Of a DNA stretch of 64,000 nt, positions 39,758-52,600 are shown piece by piece. Under the pieces are notes generated by a model that ran no database searches, had not been told where the DNA came from, and worked only from the letters and a program-made list of their open reading frames with translations. Numbering within the stretch: position 1 is the first letter of the stretch; the number at the start of each line of letters is the position of its first letter. A program made the position numbers and the translations under genes. The DNA comes from Ramazzottius varieornatus. Lineage: Eukaryota > Animalia > Tardigrada. The stretch lies in the NCBI GenBank assembly GCA_001949185.1, contig BDGG01000002.1:6624448-6688447 (forward strand), written 5' to 3'.

Positions 39758-41265
39758 CGGAAGCTTTCTATAGCATCCTCAAGAGTCCAGAGCTGAATCA
39801 GCAGATTTTCGGAGTCCACCAAGTGACAAGTCTAGTTCCGGAAAGTGAGGATAGTCCAGACGGTCCACTGTGATCGACCAGTTCACTGTGCGATATAGTT
39901 GTTAGTAACAATCACGAGATGTACAGCTTGCATAACTTGTTCCAAGATGTGAATACCGATGTAGCTGTATGAACATAAATCCAAGGACATGGATAAAGTC
40001 AAGACTCAAGAGAAGAGGAATAAAAACACTTTAAGAAAAAGGTCTAAACCCTGAAGTCAGCAGCAGAGTCATGACGTAACGAAAAGTGCCGTTTTACTGT
40101 GTACGCGAAAAGCTATTAATGACGTCACACCACCTCATGCAGTTGGATAGTGTTGCACACCAGCCTTGATTTGTTGACCACTGTACAGCAATTCAGGATC
40201 TTAGAAGCTGATACTGCTTGTGCGCCACTTGGAAGCGGCAATGTTCGGCAACTGGCCAGCGGGCATTCAGCTTGTGTAGCCAGATGTAACGCTATGATCA
40301 GCGAAACTCTAGAGTTCGTAATGTAGATTGACCTTGGTGATGCTCCACATTTCTGCCTATTGCCGACGTCTGCGGAAACATTCACAGCAGTTACACACTT
40401 ACAGACTCAGTTTCGCAGACTGTTTGACAGTGGGTCTCCGATGTACGATGCGATTACCATGGTCCTTGTAGCGAACCACCGTCAACAATGCCGCTTCCTG
40501 TAACCGCTCTGCCTTCACAGTGTACATTTTTTAACGCATTGCCGTCGGCGCGGCGTGAGATGACCTTGATTAAACTACTGTAATATACCAGTTGTGTAAG
40601 TGTTAGCTGAACGGGTAAGGGGTTTCTTCCCAAAACCCAAGGTTTCCACGAAAGTCTTTTCTTCTCCTAGACCAAGTCTCAGCAGGTACCGAGAATTCTC
40701 TGCTTCTCATTTAGGAAAGCGGCGAGACGATAATCGAAGACTGCCTTTACGAACACATTGTTTCCCGATAAAGTATACGACATGCGCGCGTTGAAATCTT
40801 CTTTGTCCGGAAATAACCACAGTTTCTTCGGCGCGACAAAGATCAGTTTCAACCAATAAAGATAATAGACTTTTCAGGTTATGCGATCCTCGTCGTCTCA
40901 ATCACAGGCACCAAACTGTCGACTTAATTAACCTGTTGACCAGTTTCACCGAACAAAGGAAAAGTTACATACTTCTATGATGAATGATATAAAGAAGACA
41001 AAGACGGCGTCGCCGTTCTGCCTCCATCTTTCAGGACTTTTAGACAGAGGCCAGTTTTCGCCGCTAAGCAAGACAGGAATGGTGATGGAAGAGGACGTTG
41101 GTCGTACGAGACAGCCTTCTTCTCCCACGAGCATGTATGTATGGAAACCTGAGACGAAAAGAGGGGAAGTCTTTGTCATGAGTAATGATCAGCTTCTGGT
41201 CATCAAGCAGAAGAAGTCAACACCGATACCATCTCTATTTCCCTCGCCACGTCTTTCCGGCGCCG

Positions 41266-41273
41266 TATATAAG
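41266..41273 (+). promoter_or_regulatory. TATA box upstream of the Cys-rich secreted gene
   Basis: TATATAAG about 90 bp upstream of the ATG at 41360, with an Inr-like TCAGT about 30 bp downstream. Confidence 0.55.
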
Positions 41274-41359
41274 TAAGCTCACTTCCAGTCGCGTTAGCGA
41301 TCGTCAGTCGGTACTTCATTTAGTTTCTCACAGTCACTCATCCGCCCTACAGCATAACC

Positions 41360-42256
41360 ATGAAGTTCTTCGTCGTCGCCCTTCTCGTTGGCTGTGCCTT
41401 CGCCGATGAGGTTGATCCCGTCAACCAGGCTCGCGCCATGATGGCCAACCGAATCCTCACCGCCGACCCCTCGACCTTCATTGACTGCCGTGCTGACCCG
41501 GCTGGAGCCTGTGGCTCGAAGCCCGGCTGGAAGTGCCAGGACCTCATGAAGCTGTGCTCGCCCGGAAACGCCCCCAACACCGAGGCCGTCGGTAAGTTCC
41601 GTGTTCCGCCCCAGCTTCTCAAACCTTACCCTCATTGTAAAGAGCAAAACTCTAGTTTTTCGTAGTCAATAGTTTTAGGTGTCGGTGTGGTTCCCGGTAC
41701 TTGAAATATAATTTATTTTGCAGAGGGGGACTGTGACGCCACGAACATCGAATCCGACAAGTGCCGACCTCTGTACCGATGTGGCAGCAACAAGAAATGC
41801 AACTTTGTCGGACCCCGAGCCTGCAACGACATTAACGATTGCACCAAGGAAGTGTCTGGAGTGTCCTTCGAGTGCAAGGAGCTCAAAAGTAACGCTCCCG
41901 GAAACCGATGCTGGATGAGTAAGTGTGACTTTTCTGCAGTACTGTGCCACAGGTCCTCGTTCCTCAACGTCTTCAGTTTGATTTTCCATTGGTCAAATAT
42001 TTCTCTTTTTTTCAGAGTGCTCCAACGACCACGAATGCCACGGCTGCAAGTCTGATGGTGCCTCGTGTCGCGTTCCCGAGAACTTTCGCAAGCACATCTC
42101 ATGCGTTCAGGTAAAGTCGTCTTGCCAAGTGAAAACAATTTCTTAGTTCCTCCGTGAGAAGAGATCAGAAAAGTTGGTGGATTTTGTATTCGAGTATTAC
42201 TGTATCTTGTCATCTTTCAGGGACTCTGTCAACGCAAGAGCGCCGCAACTGCCTAA
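41360..42256 (+). CDS. Secreted cysteine-rich protein, 185 aa, 18 Cys in the mature part, unknown family
   Basis: Exons 41360-41591, 41724-41918, 42016-42110 and 42221-42256 join in frame (558 nt); signal peptide MKFFVVALLVGCAFA; strong C-ending codon bias. Confidence 0.85.
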
Positions 42257-42912
42257 GTACTTGATCCATTTTTTTCTTCACATGGCGATGTTAGGTGCAT
42301 TTTCCCCAACCTTTTCTCTGACGATCTAGCATCCTGTAGCGTCCACTCCCAACCTTTTTTCCTTTGTTTCTTTCCCAGTCTCTCTCCTTTCCTGAACATC
42401 TGCCATAAATTCGTCAGTCTTGAGCTTGCAAATAAAGTAGTTCCGTCTTCTGACGGTAGCTCCCTCTGGTCATACTTTCAGGACATTCCCAGTTCTCTGG
42501 GGCGGAGTATTAGGCAGGAATTCTCTCCATCTAGCTCTGTGTTTGGTGAGAACAAAAACATATTGTAGAATTAGCAACCCAGAATACAATAATCTGTTAG
42601 AGTAATCAAGAAGCGCACGGTAAGGGAAGAAGCTCTGACATTTTATGTTCTCGCCCTCCGGCGGACAACGTCCGCCTTATATGACGTCATTTTTCATCCA
42701 TAAATCCAGCTGATAGCGTCATCGACGACCGCAGTCTTGTAAGCTTCGAAGGGTAAACAAATCGCTCCGTATTTAAACTTCGGTGATTTCCCAAAGCCGG
42801 TGCCGGCTAATCCTTCTCATCGATCATTTCATTCAGCTTTCAACCTCGAAGCGTGCTGGAAAGTAATCATTATTTCCGTAGAGCCAGGTGGTTCAGCATA
42901 GTTTGAGAAAAG

Positions 42913-44412
42913 ATGGCGCACGTCATGGGAAAACCTCTGGTCTCCCACTTCTCGGAGGAACAGCTGCAGAATCTGCTCTGTTCTACTCATACCTTCAAGG
43001 ATGCCTCATGGATTAACCGCTTCGTCTTTCGGCCATACTGGAAATGGATGTTGGAAGCCATCCCGCTGAACACGCCACCGACTTGTCTCCTGGGCCTGAA
43101 CTTCAGCCTGAACATCCTGGCTCTTTTCCTCCTCATTGCCAAGAACGATATTTCCAGCGCAAGTTCTACTCTTCCCTGGCTGTACTTTGTGTGCTCTGTC
43201 CTGTACTTTGCAGCCTTCACATTGGCAGGAACAGATGCTGCTGGTCGTTATCTTCGTCGAGAAAATGGCGAAATCCAGACTGCTCGTGAGCCTCAAGCAA
43301 CTTCCAATTCAGCGCCGAGCCCGTATGCTTCCGCCGAATATATCGATCGCGTCCTGGACAGTGTCATCATCTCCATCAAGGTGCTCTTCTTGTTCCATGT
43401 ACTTGGTGTCGGAGGTGAAAATCTCTCCTACAGCGCTGCCTTCGCCATGCTAGTCCTGGTTACCGGTTGCTTCCTCGTCCAGCAATGGGAAGGCTTCGTA
43501 ACAGGCGTCTATTACAGGTACGTCATGTCATATAAACAACTTTACGTTGCTGTAATAACATATTACACATGGTTTACGTTGTGTTATATGACTTGACATG
43601 TCACGGTTTTCTTCTTTCAGTTCGTTCTTCTTGGATTCCTTCGACGTAACCGTCTTCCTCGCCTTCCTCCTGAAGAGCTACTTTGGGGGAAGTCTTACCT
43701 GGAGCTCGTTGGAAAATTTTGGCGTTTTTGGAACCAGCATTTCAGCTGCCCGACTTGTGTCCAGCCTCTTCGTGGCGGGAGGCTGTCTATCGTCCTTCAA
43801 GTGCATCTGTCGAACCCTGAAGAACTCGCCCAACGGACTTCAGACAGTTCCCTTCTTGTCCCTGCTTACCTTGATAGTCTCTCAAGCCACTTGGCTCTTG
43901 TTTCCAGGAGTACCTAATGTCTTTCTATTTCTGTGCTGGTCGACCGGTGTGATTGCTTCCAACATCACCACTGAGATCATCTTCGGGCGTATGACTCAGT
44001 CCTCCAGCATACGTCTTAATGTTTTTTCAATCTTGGCCGCGGCTTTTGCCATCTTTAATTTGCTGGGATTGCTCGGCAGCTCTGTTGGCCAAAGAAAGGC
44101 GTGGATTGTGTTCTCTTCCTTTGTCACTGTTTGCCATACTGTCACCACAGTCCGCGCCGCCAGAGATATGGTACGTATAACAGCCATGTTTGCTTTAGTG
44201 AATAGTCACGTACCCATCTTCCCTTCTAAATTGCAAAGCATATCCACTTCCTCATCATCGTCTGAACAAACTTATATGCCATACTGACTTCAATATTGAC
44301 TTATATTTTACAGATCACACACTTGCTGCTGGCAGTCATCTCCTGTTTCTTCGGCCATGCCGGTGCCATTTTCGCTCCCGTTTGGAATCAGCTCAAGAAA
44401 AAAGCCAAATGA
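42913..44412 (+). CDS. CDP-alcohol phosphatidyltransferase-like protein (CEPT1/SELENOI family) with a degenerate signature motif
   Basis: N-terminal SWINRFVFRPYWKWMLEAIPLNTPPTCL (family pattern ..P.W......P...PN.IT), EYIDRVLDS, QQWEGFVTGV, multiple TM segments, C-terminal KKKAK ER-retrieval signal. Confidence 0.75.
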
Positions 44413-44590
44413 GTAGCCTGTTTTGCTAGTATACTTCCGGCAGCTAGTACTAAAGTAATCGCAGTTCTACCATTTTGGTTGTGCCTTTCTATACATTTTA
44501 TGTGGTAAGTGATGCGTTTGGTTTTATAGAGAGAAATTTCAGCGCTCCACGGTTTTCTAGTTTTATGTGTTTACACAACGTTTTACGATC

Positions 44591-47500
44591 TCAGTGAGGC
44601 AGAGTTCGCCGAGAACTGAAACTGTCAAAGCCAGCTTCCGATCTGCTCTTGGTTACCGCGATCGTAATGGTCGCCACCGCTTTACCACTGAATATACCGT
44701 TGGTCGTCATACTCATCAGCATTTCCAGCTCTACTTCCTGTGGAGCTTCCAGTGGTCGCACCAGTGAGATGGTGGCCTGGTAAAAAAATACTAAATATCT
44801 CCAGACCATCGTTAGGACTTGGTTGGCTAATTTAGGTTGTATTACCTGGTTGTAGCCGGTGGTGCGAGTATCGAAAAACCTTCTATCGGCAGGCATCACG
44901 GCTACCATCAAAGGCTGTGCTCGTTTCATGGTGAGGTCGAACTCGACATTGGTATTGGGTTGTTGCGGTCCTCGCATCGTAAACAGGTCAATGCGTCCTG
45001 TCACGGGGAAGGTAGGATTACTGGGAATGGCCATGAAATTGTAGGAGTAGGATATGGGTTGCTGTAAACAGTTGGCGTCGCCCACCGGGCACACGAGCGA
45101 CAGTCTCCGGCAGCGACTACAAAAGTCACGGAAGATACCAGAATGTTAAGGTTAGGTGTCTAGTTTAGGAAGGGTACTTTTTCTGCTCTGGGTCTTGGAC
45201 GTATCCCATCGGGCAGCGGATAGCGTGACACTGGTATCCGCCTTCGGTATTCACGCATACTTGATCGTGGCGGTTGCAATACTGCAGAGTTTGGCATTCA
45301 TCGATATCTTGACATCGTTGTCCATCTGGAAGCATTTGGAACCCGGATGGACACGAACAGTTATAGCCTCCGTATGTATTTATACAGTCCCCGAAGCATA
45401 GTTTAAGGGAATTGTCGGCACATTCGTCGATGTCTAAAAAAAAACCATTTGAGCTGCACCAAGAGACAACCACGTCGCTCATCCCGAAAGCTCCCCCACC
45501 TTCACAACTATGGAGATCCAAAGCCAAGCGGAAGCCAGTCTTGCACGTACAGTTGTATCCACCCCAACGGTTGGTGCATCCCTAATAGCTGAATTCGTTT
45601 GCACACTTTTCGACTGATAGTTCACTGATAAAGAGCTTAATGAAAAAATGCGGTTGAGATTATTGATAATACAATATTACCTGCTGGCATGGATTGTGTT
45701 CCTCGCATTCGTCAATATCTACCAGTTTGAGATGTTATTGTGCTGTTGTCCGACCATACGGAATGTCGCAGAGCTTGATTCCTGCCGTACCTTTGCAATG
45801 GTTGCCATCCAGAGGACCTTGGCGAAATCCTTCTTTACAGTTACAGCGGAAAGAACCGGGAAAGTTCTGGCAGTCGGCACTGGAAGGGCAAGAGCTGGCT
45901 CCGAATCTACACTCATCGATATCTGCAATACTTGACGGTACTTCTTGATCGCGAGGATCCAATAATTATCAAGACACTGCTCGAACCAACGAAAACTTAA
46001 TACCGGAGACAGCTTACCTTCGCACTGCTTGTTGTATAGGTTGAACTCGAAGCCTTCTCGGCAGTTACAAACGAAACTTCCGGGTCGATTTTCGCATGTT
46101 TGTCCTCCGACGCACGTGTGCGTACCTTCGGCACATTCATCCACATCTAGGCCAGTCCAAAATAGTTTTGGCTTTCTGTTCTCCCGAATAAATGCTAATG
46201 TCTGACTTACCGACACATTTATCGCCGAGATCGTTCAAAATGTATCCACCTCCACAGTTTAGCTGTAACATTCCATTCAGGATTTCGCATAAAAAAACAA
46301 CATCATTTTGAAACTTTGTACCTTATCCCGACAAACATGGGAACCGACAGTGTTGTAACAGTCCTGGTTCCGTTTGCAGGCGTTTGGGTTGGCCAAGCAC
46401 TCGTTAGTGTCCATGCAAACTCCCTCGTCACTTGGCTCGAAGCCGGTCTGACAGTCGACGTGGCTGCAAGTACCTCTCTCGTAGTCCAGGCGCATTTTCT
46501 TCGGACAAGTCTTTGGCGTACAGCGGAAGGAGCCTTGAGTGTTGACACAGTCATACGCTATCCCGCAGTTGTGGTTCCCCAAAACGCATTCGTCATTATC
46601 TATAGCGAACAGGAAAAAGAGTCAGCGAAACTGTTCGCAATTCGTATTATTAGCGCACCTGGCTGACGATCAGAACCTGAAGATCTTACCTGTACACTCC
46701 CGGCGATGAGCATCGTAGGTGTATCCTGTTCCACAAGAGATCTCTCGGATGCATCTGTAATTTGCGGGCAGTAAGACTTGAGAATCGAAGGAGGTGAGTC
46801 GATACGTACCTGAAAGTTCCAGCCTCATTTTCGCATCGCATTCCGACACCGCAGTTATCCTGCTGGGTTGCGCATTCGTCAATGTCTAGAAGATTGCCAG
46901 CTTATTCAACGGCACTCCAGATGCAGATATACGTGACTGACTGACCTTCACACCGTCCAGTTCGCGGATTATTTTGATAGCCTCCCGGACAAAGTCGTTG
47001 TGTAACATCTTCGGGCGTGACTGCTGTGACATACACGGCAGGATCATCCGGTTCCGGAAGTGGTGACTCACACTTGTAGCTGCCGATGGTATTTACACAC
47101 TTCTGTACTTCCGCACAGGTATGAAGTTTCCGGTTGCACTCGTTGATGTCCAGACACTGCCCGATACCGGCATGATAGTCGTACCCCACTCCGCAAACTT
47201 TTGCTCCTCCGTCGCCGTCTGCCGGCTCGGGTTCGACGGGGAAGCCGACAGTAACCTCTTCCTGCAGGCCTAGTGAGCTTGAGGGTCGCGGCGATCGAGC
47301 TCTGGGAAACTCGTGTGGAGGCGGCACTGTGCCATTCGTTCTGCTTTGGCGAAGCTTGGAGAACTCGCAGCATTCTTTGTAAATCTTGTTGCATTTCGTG
47401 ATTTGGAAGCCGGCAGAGTCGCACTGCTTGCCGTATCCGGAACTTCCGGCTAGAAGCCCCAGCTGACAGCAGTCACAGCATTGCTGCAAAGGAGCAATTT

Positions 47501-48062
47501 CACTGTTGAAACCAGAGGGCGATGCCTGAAAATCTTTGTCAATTATGTACCTTGCGTAACATACTTTAAATTCATCGCCACCGAGTCCCGTTTCCTCCGG
47601 TGCACAATCTTGGTTTTCTTGAGCTGAAGTTTTCCCGTCATCACATTTTCCAAGGATCGCTTCCTCACGACAGCAAACTCCTGTAAAATGTTCGAGATAA
47701 TTCCGGACCAGACCAAGTCAAAATGCTTTAGAAACGTACCCAAAGACACTCCGCACCAATACTGATCCTGCCTTTGCACTCCCGATATAGGAGTAGGATA
47801 CTCGTCACAGTTATTGGAGCTCGTTCTGCCATAGTTCCGCCCAAGATTGCAACCTATATATAAAAGAGGCAAACTTGCGAACGCTACGTTTTCGCAGTTG
47901 AACCACTTAGATTGTCACTTACAGTGTATGAAAACTCGATCCAATTCGCCTAGAACAAGTAGACGTCTAAAGCGCAAAGTTATTGTGGTAAGCACAAGAA
48001 AGCTGCTTACCTTGGGCGTGGATGATATGGAGCAACGCAACAACAGTCCACCGAAGTATCAT
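44591..48062 (-). CDS. Fibulin-1-like extracellular matrix protein
   Basis: Signal exon [17 protein letters not shown], anaphylatoxin-like CCDCCQLG, many cbEGF repeats (DINEC/DIDEC...CVNT.GSY.C), C-terminal fibulin module (ISYSYNFM...[16 protein letters not shown]). Confidence 0.92.
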
Positions 48063-49631
48063 TTTCCGATTTACGCGTCCGTAACCTGATTTCGTCCGGA
48101 AATGTGGTAAGTATGCTCATATTTCTTGGCTTCCTCTATCCATAACAATGACGAAAGCACATGCTTGGTTGCGCGACAGAGGGTGAAAAACGAACGCCTG
48201 TTACGAGCGGCACCTGCTTATCTGATGGAAACGAAACTTGTACCGGAATCTACCCGACGGTACCGTGCGAACTGATCCAATCTTATTCCTACTACGATCC
48301 AGTACGTGGAGATAAGCTAGAGGCATTCCAACGAGGCAGTCGGAAAAGGAGTGGTAACTGCGGATCATGGCGCCAGGAAACAAAATTGTTCGCCTGATCT
48401 ACATAATTATTGTACTGACAGAGCCCCTGGAAAAGTAATGTTTTGTCCTTCCGCATGCTGAAATAAGTCGCAATGGTATGGTGGTACCGACAGTCAGAGA
48501 TCCTGTCATACTATTGCGATGTGTGTCGGGGCGGAAGATCTCGTCTACGCTGGATACTTCTTGCATTAACTGCTTGCCTCCTCACAATCGACTTGTTCTC
48601 CTCTTTTGGTTGGATTCGTGGACTGACGATACGACAAGCTCTTCGGCTGCCACCATCGCGAGACACTACGGGGCGGGAAATCTAACCCGTCTGGCGAGCA
48701 CGTGGTGTTGCAGTGCCAGTCAACGGTAGCCCGCGTCACGTGATGATACGAAAGGATGCATTTGCCGCATTGTATAATCACCATTCGCACATATCGTCGA
48801 TCGTACAGCCCATTTTATTTGGATCGAATAATTTCAGTCTACAATCTCGTCGATTCTTACATACGTATAGCTCTTTAGGAATCGGGAGATGGACCAGCTA
48901 GGGTAATTGCCAGGGTTAGACCAGTTCGCACTTGCCGCCAGAGCTAAAGCTCTATGAATGATGGCTATTGCGAGCTCAAGCTGGCTCTCGTGAGCCATGA
49001 ACCCAGAAGGAGCATCATCTGCAGGGTTTCCGCGTACCACACCGAACCCCGAACCACTGTCTACTGTAAAGTACAGTAAGCCAGCCAGGCCTCTGGTACT
49101 TCGTAGGACAACGTGTCTGCCACCTCGATTTTGTCCATGAGTGGAGTCCCCACGCAGCAGCCTTCGTCCTGTAACAGCCCTTGGGCCACAGCCGGTGAAA
49201 CTTCCTTGTGTAAAGCTCAAACTACTGTGCCCAACGGTCACGCCACAATTTAACGCGCATTTTTATATGATTTCCGTCTGGTGAGCAACGCAGTGAAGAA
49301 AAGTGGTGAAACAAAAATTATACATCTCTCTTCTTTGTACAAGGATAATAATCTCTCGAGTGCCGTCAGATAATCGACGAGCACCACTGGTGACAACGCG
49401 TAACAATCAAGAAGAAGAAATAGATCAAACTGATCGAAAAATACACTACATTGCGGTGCTAGGTGCAATCGATATTATATGTACAGGGACTTTGCAACTC
49501 GAGGACTGTAGTGCTAACGCGCACCGATAAAAGGGTCAAAAACTAACTGAAGCCAATTCACTAGACTAAAAAGACTAGGAGGAATGCGAAATTATTCGAC
49601 CAATCATCATTCGATGTATCTTTATCGTCTT

Positions 49632-52600
49632 TCAGGTCATATAGTCTATGTCATGAGCGTCCAGGACGTTATAGGCGTCGAAGGGGTTCGTCATTGAGGG
49701 AACCATCGGATCGAGGTCGGTGGTGTCCATCATGCTGGCCAGTTCGGCCACGCTAAAGTTGACGCCGGGAAAGTCTTCGGAGAGGTTCATGTTCATATAC
49801 TGCTGAAAGTGATTGGGAATAGGAGACTGCGCCGGTTCTTGCTTGATAAATCCATACTGTTGGTGCTGCATATACTGTTGCTGGTTGAGTTGCGTCGGAG
49901 TATTCGGGAACGAAGAGTCTTGTGGCGACCCCTTTCCACCTGTGATCAGCGCAGCCAAATGTGGCGCCAAACTCGACACGGTGTTTGTGTCGTGGTTGTT
50001 CATCGGCAGCTGAATACCATGTGCATCGGCCAGTCTCTCAAGTTCCTGCAGCAAAGGATGAAAACATGCTGGAATAAAATAGCAGAATAATCGAATTTGC
50101 GAGGCAACCAAATTCGAAGAATGAGATTCCCAAGCGGCGCATGCGCTCGAAAGTTTTGGCTGAGAACATGCGTCACTTTAAAAAGAGATCTTGTCCAGCT
50201 GGTTTGTGCTTGACATGGAGGCGCATGGTCTCGTTGCTTTTGGCTGGGAGCGTGCGCCTCTCCGAGAAACGAGTTTGTCGACTGCAAAGCCTCACTCGAT
50301 CATTTATTAATGTATTTCTTTAATAATTGGAAAGCTCTGTGTGCAAATGGTGAAGAGGGAAAATCGTGGGTACCTGGATTTTTAGCGACAGTTTTCGGTT
50401 CTGGTGTTCGGTGCTCTTTTGTCGTTCTTCCATGGCTTTCACGCGGTCCTTGTCTTTCTTGAGTTCTTTCAGATAGTCGACGGCGGCTTTGAGGGTCGAG
50501 CCTTTGCTCCTAGAGAAATCGCTGTCAAGAAAGGTATCGATAAACATTTTAATAACAAAGGAGTGAAATCAGAATAGCACACAGGAGTAAGGTTCGCTAC
50601 GTACGGGTCGCTAGAATGAGGCAGCAAAGTCCGCAGCTCCTTTATCAGGTTATTTATGTTATCGCGACGTTTCCGTTCAACTACAACCATACCCGATAGT
50701 AGGGATGAAGACTGGCCAATGTTCAACAGTACAAAGGTAGGGCTAATTAGCCCAGTAGAAAAGACACTCTTACTTATGTTATGGTTGTCCTTCTTCTGGC
50801 GGTCTTTCGAGTTGGAGACAGACCGTACGCTCTCGGTTTCTTCGCCGTTTAGCGAAGAAACGTCGTTGTTGGGAGCGAGCTGAAAATTGGCCGGACAGGA
50901 GGACGAGACTGGAGAGGAGGACGAGGGATCCAGAAGCCTCAGATAGTCGGGGTTTCCAGTTACCTAAGAAAAGAAACGTCATAAGCCAGAAATCACCGCA
51001 GGACAAGCGAGCGGGAAAGGATGAACCGGAAGTGACTTGAAAGCTTACACCGGTGGGAACAGGAGACGTAGCCTTGTAGGATCGACGCATAGGAGACACT
51101 TTGGTACTTCGAAGGCTTCGCGACGCTGGTGCGACTCCATTCTTTGTTTCCATCTCCATGATATCCTCAATAAGTTCATCCATCTGGAGCATGCAAACGA
51201 TTAGATTACCGCATGTATTCATTCACCTTTGTCAACAGAGCGAAAAGCCAAGAGCAGTGCCGTTCAACCAGAAAACATAAGCAAGAGCGCCACCTGAGAG
51301 TCTAAAAGCTCTCCAGCTTCGGCACAAGAACAACAACACTGTCTAGCGCAAGTCGTGTTTCAGATCCAAAAAAATAATTTGTGTAGTTCGCGTGAATAGT
51401 GATGTGAATGTAATGTAGGAGGTTAAGTGTTCGTTCTTGCCACTAACCATAAAATGGCTATTCTTCGCGGTCCACAACCAAAGACCTGATTGTATGTTGC
51501 TCGCCTCATCTTATCGTAAAATTGTAGATAAAATACTAGACTTCTGTCACCGGTGTCAAAGAACCCTTCTTCAAGTTTACTGTCCTCACTTATTCGTATC
51601 GAATTTTGTGACTGAGAAATTATTCGATTTCGCCCAAGCTCAAACCGGAAGTTGATCCATTACTGCAGCACTATTTTCAGTAATCTTCCTTCCGCAGTAT
51701 ACTCCTTCTCTTCCTTGCTATCCCTTCATGCAAGCACCATTTCACGGCCTGTAAACGTCTCTATAAAACTTGGTGATTGTTACTGGAGCCGGTAGTCGCT
51801 TACGACTAGACGAGCATCTGCGGAAGACTCTTAAAATCTGTCGCAGTTGCAATTAGCGTCTCCGATTGCACCTAGCTCGCACGGGAGGTTTCCTGTCTGC
51901 CCGAAGGCAATCCACCATGAGCATCAGATTACGCAAATGCACTGTGATTACAGCGTAGCCTTGACAATCAGATGGTGTAGGAGCATCGCAAGAAGTTAGT
52001 CTATCTGATCACGTACCTCAGAAACGTCGGTGATGGCCGGAGAGTGAGGTGTCCCTATGGATCGAGGCGTCATGGGACTATCAGGCGACAAAGGACTGGC
52101 GTTGCTGTTCACAGAGTGCTGACGGACTCCGTTCAACCTGAAAAAGACCGACGTTACTTCCGGCTAGTCATTCTAGGTTTTGTTCAACTTACTTAGATCC
52201 TTTTCCTCTAAATTTTTTGGAAGCTCGGTAGACAAACTCGGCAAGATGGTTGGTTCGAGTGGCGCACCATGTTGGCCAATCGCACTGAAAGCGTGCGCGA
52301 CTTTTGGGAAAACAGTCTTGTCGAGTATATTTGGTGAGCTTCTGCTTTTTCTTTCTGTTGTATTTTCAATTTCTATTTTACAAAAAGGAGATGTCTGTTA
52401 GATTTCGCTCACCCGCCGAGTTGTGAGGGTAGCGAGTGGCCAAAATGAGCCAATGGGCTAGTTTTTCCCAGGGAACCCGGCGGCATCTGCAAGTTCAGGC
52501 TTTGCTTGTGTTTATCGTCCATGAAGAAGCGTGAAGGACTCTGAATGTTCATGTTGTAGTGCATAGGGAACTCTGATGAGCTGGGCATGGTCGATGAGAG

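Noticed and set aside
44410-44560. TGA at the end of the SELENOI-like gene as a selenocysteine codon
   Set aside because: It follows a proper KKxx terminus and I see no SECIS-like structure downstream
48161-49530. Short ORFs between fibulin and MITF
   Set aside because: No recognisable domains or consistent splice model
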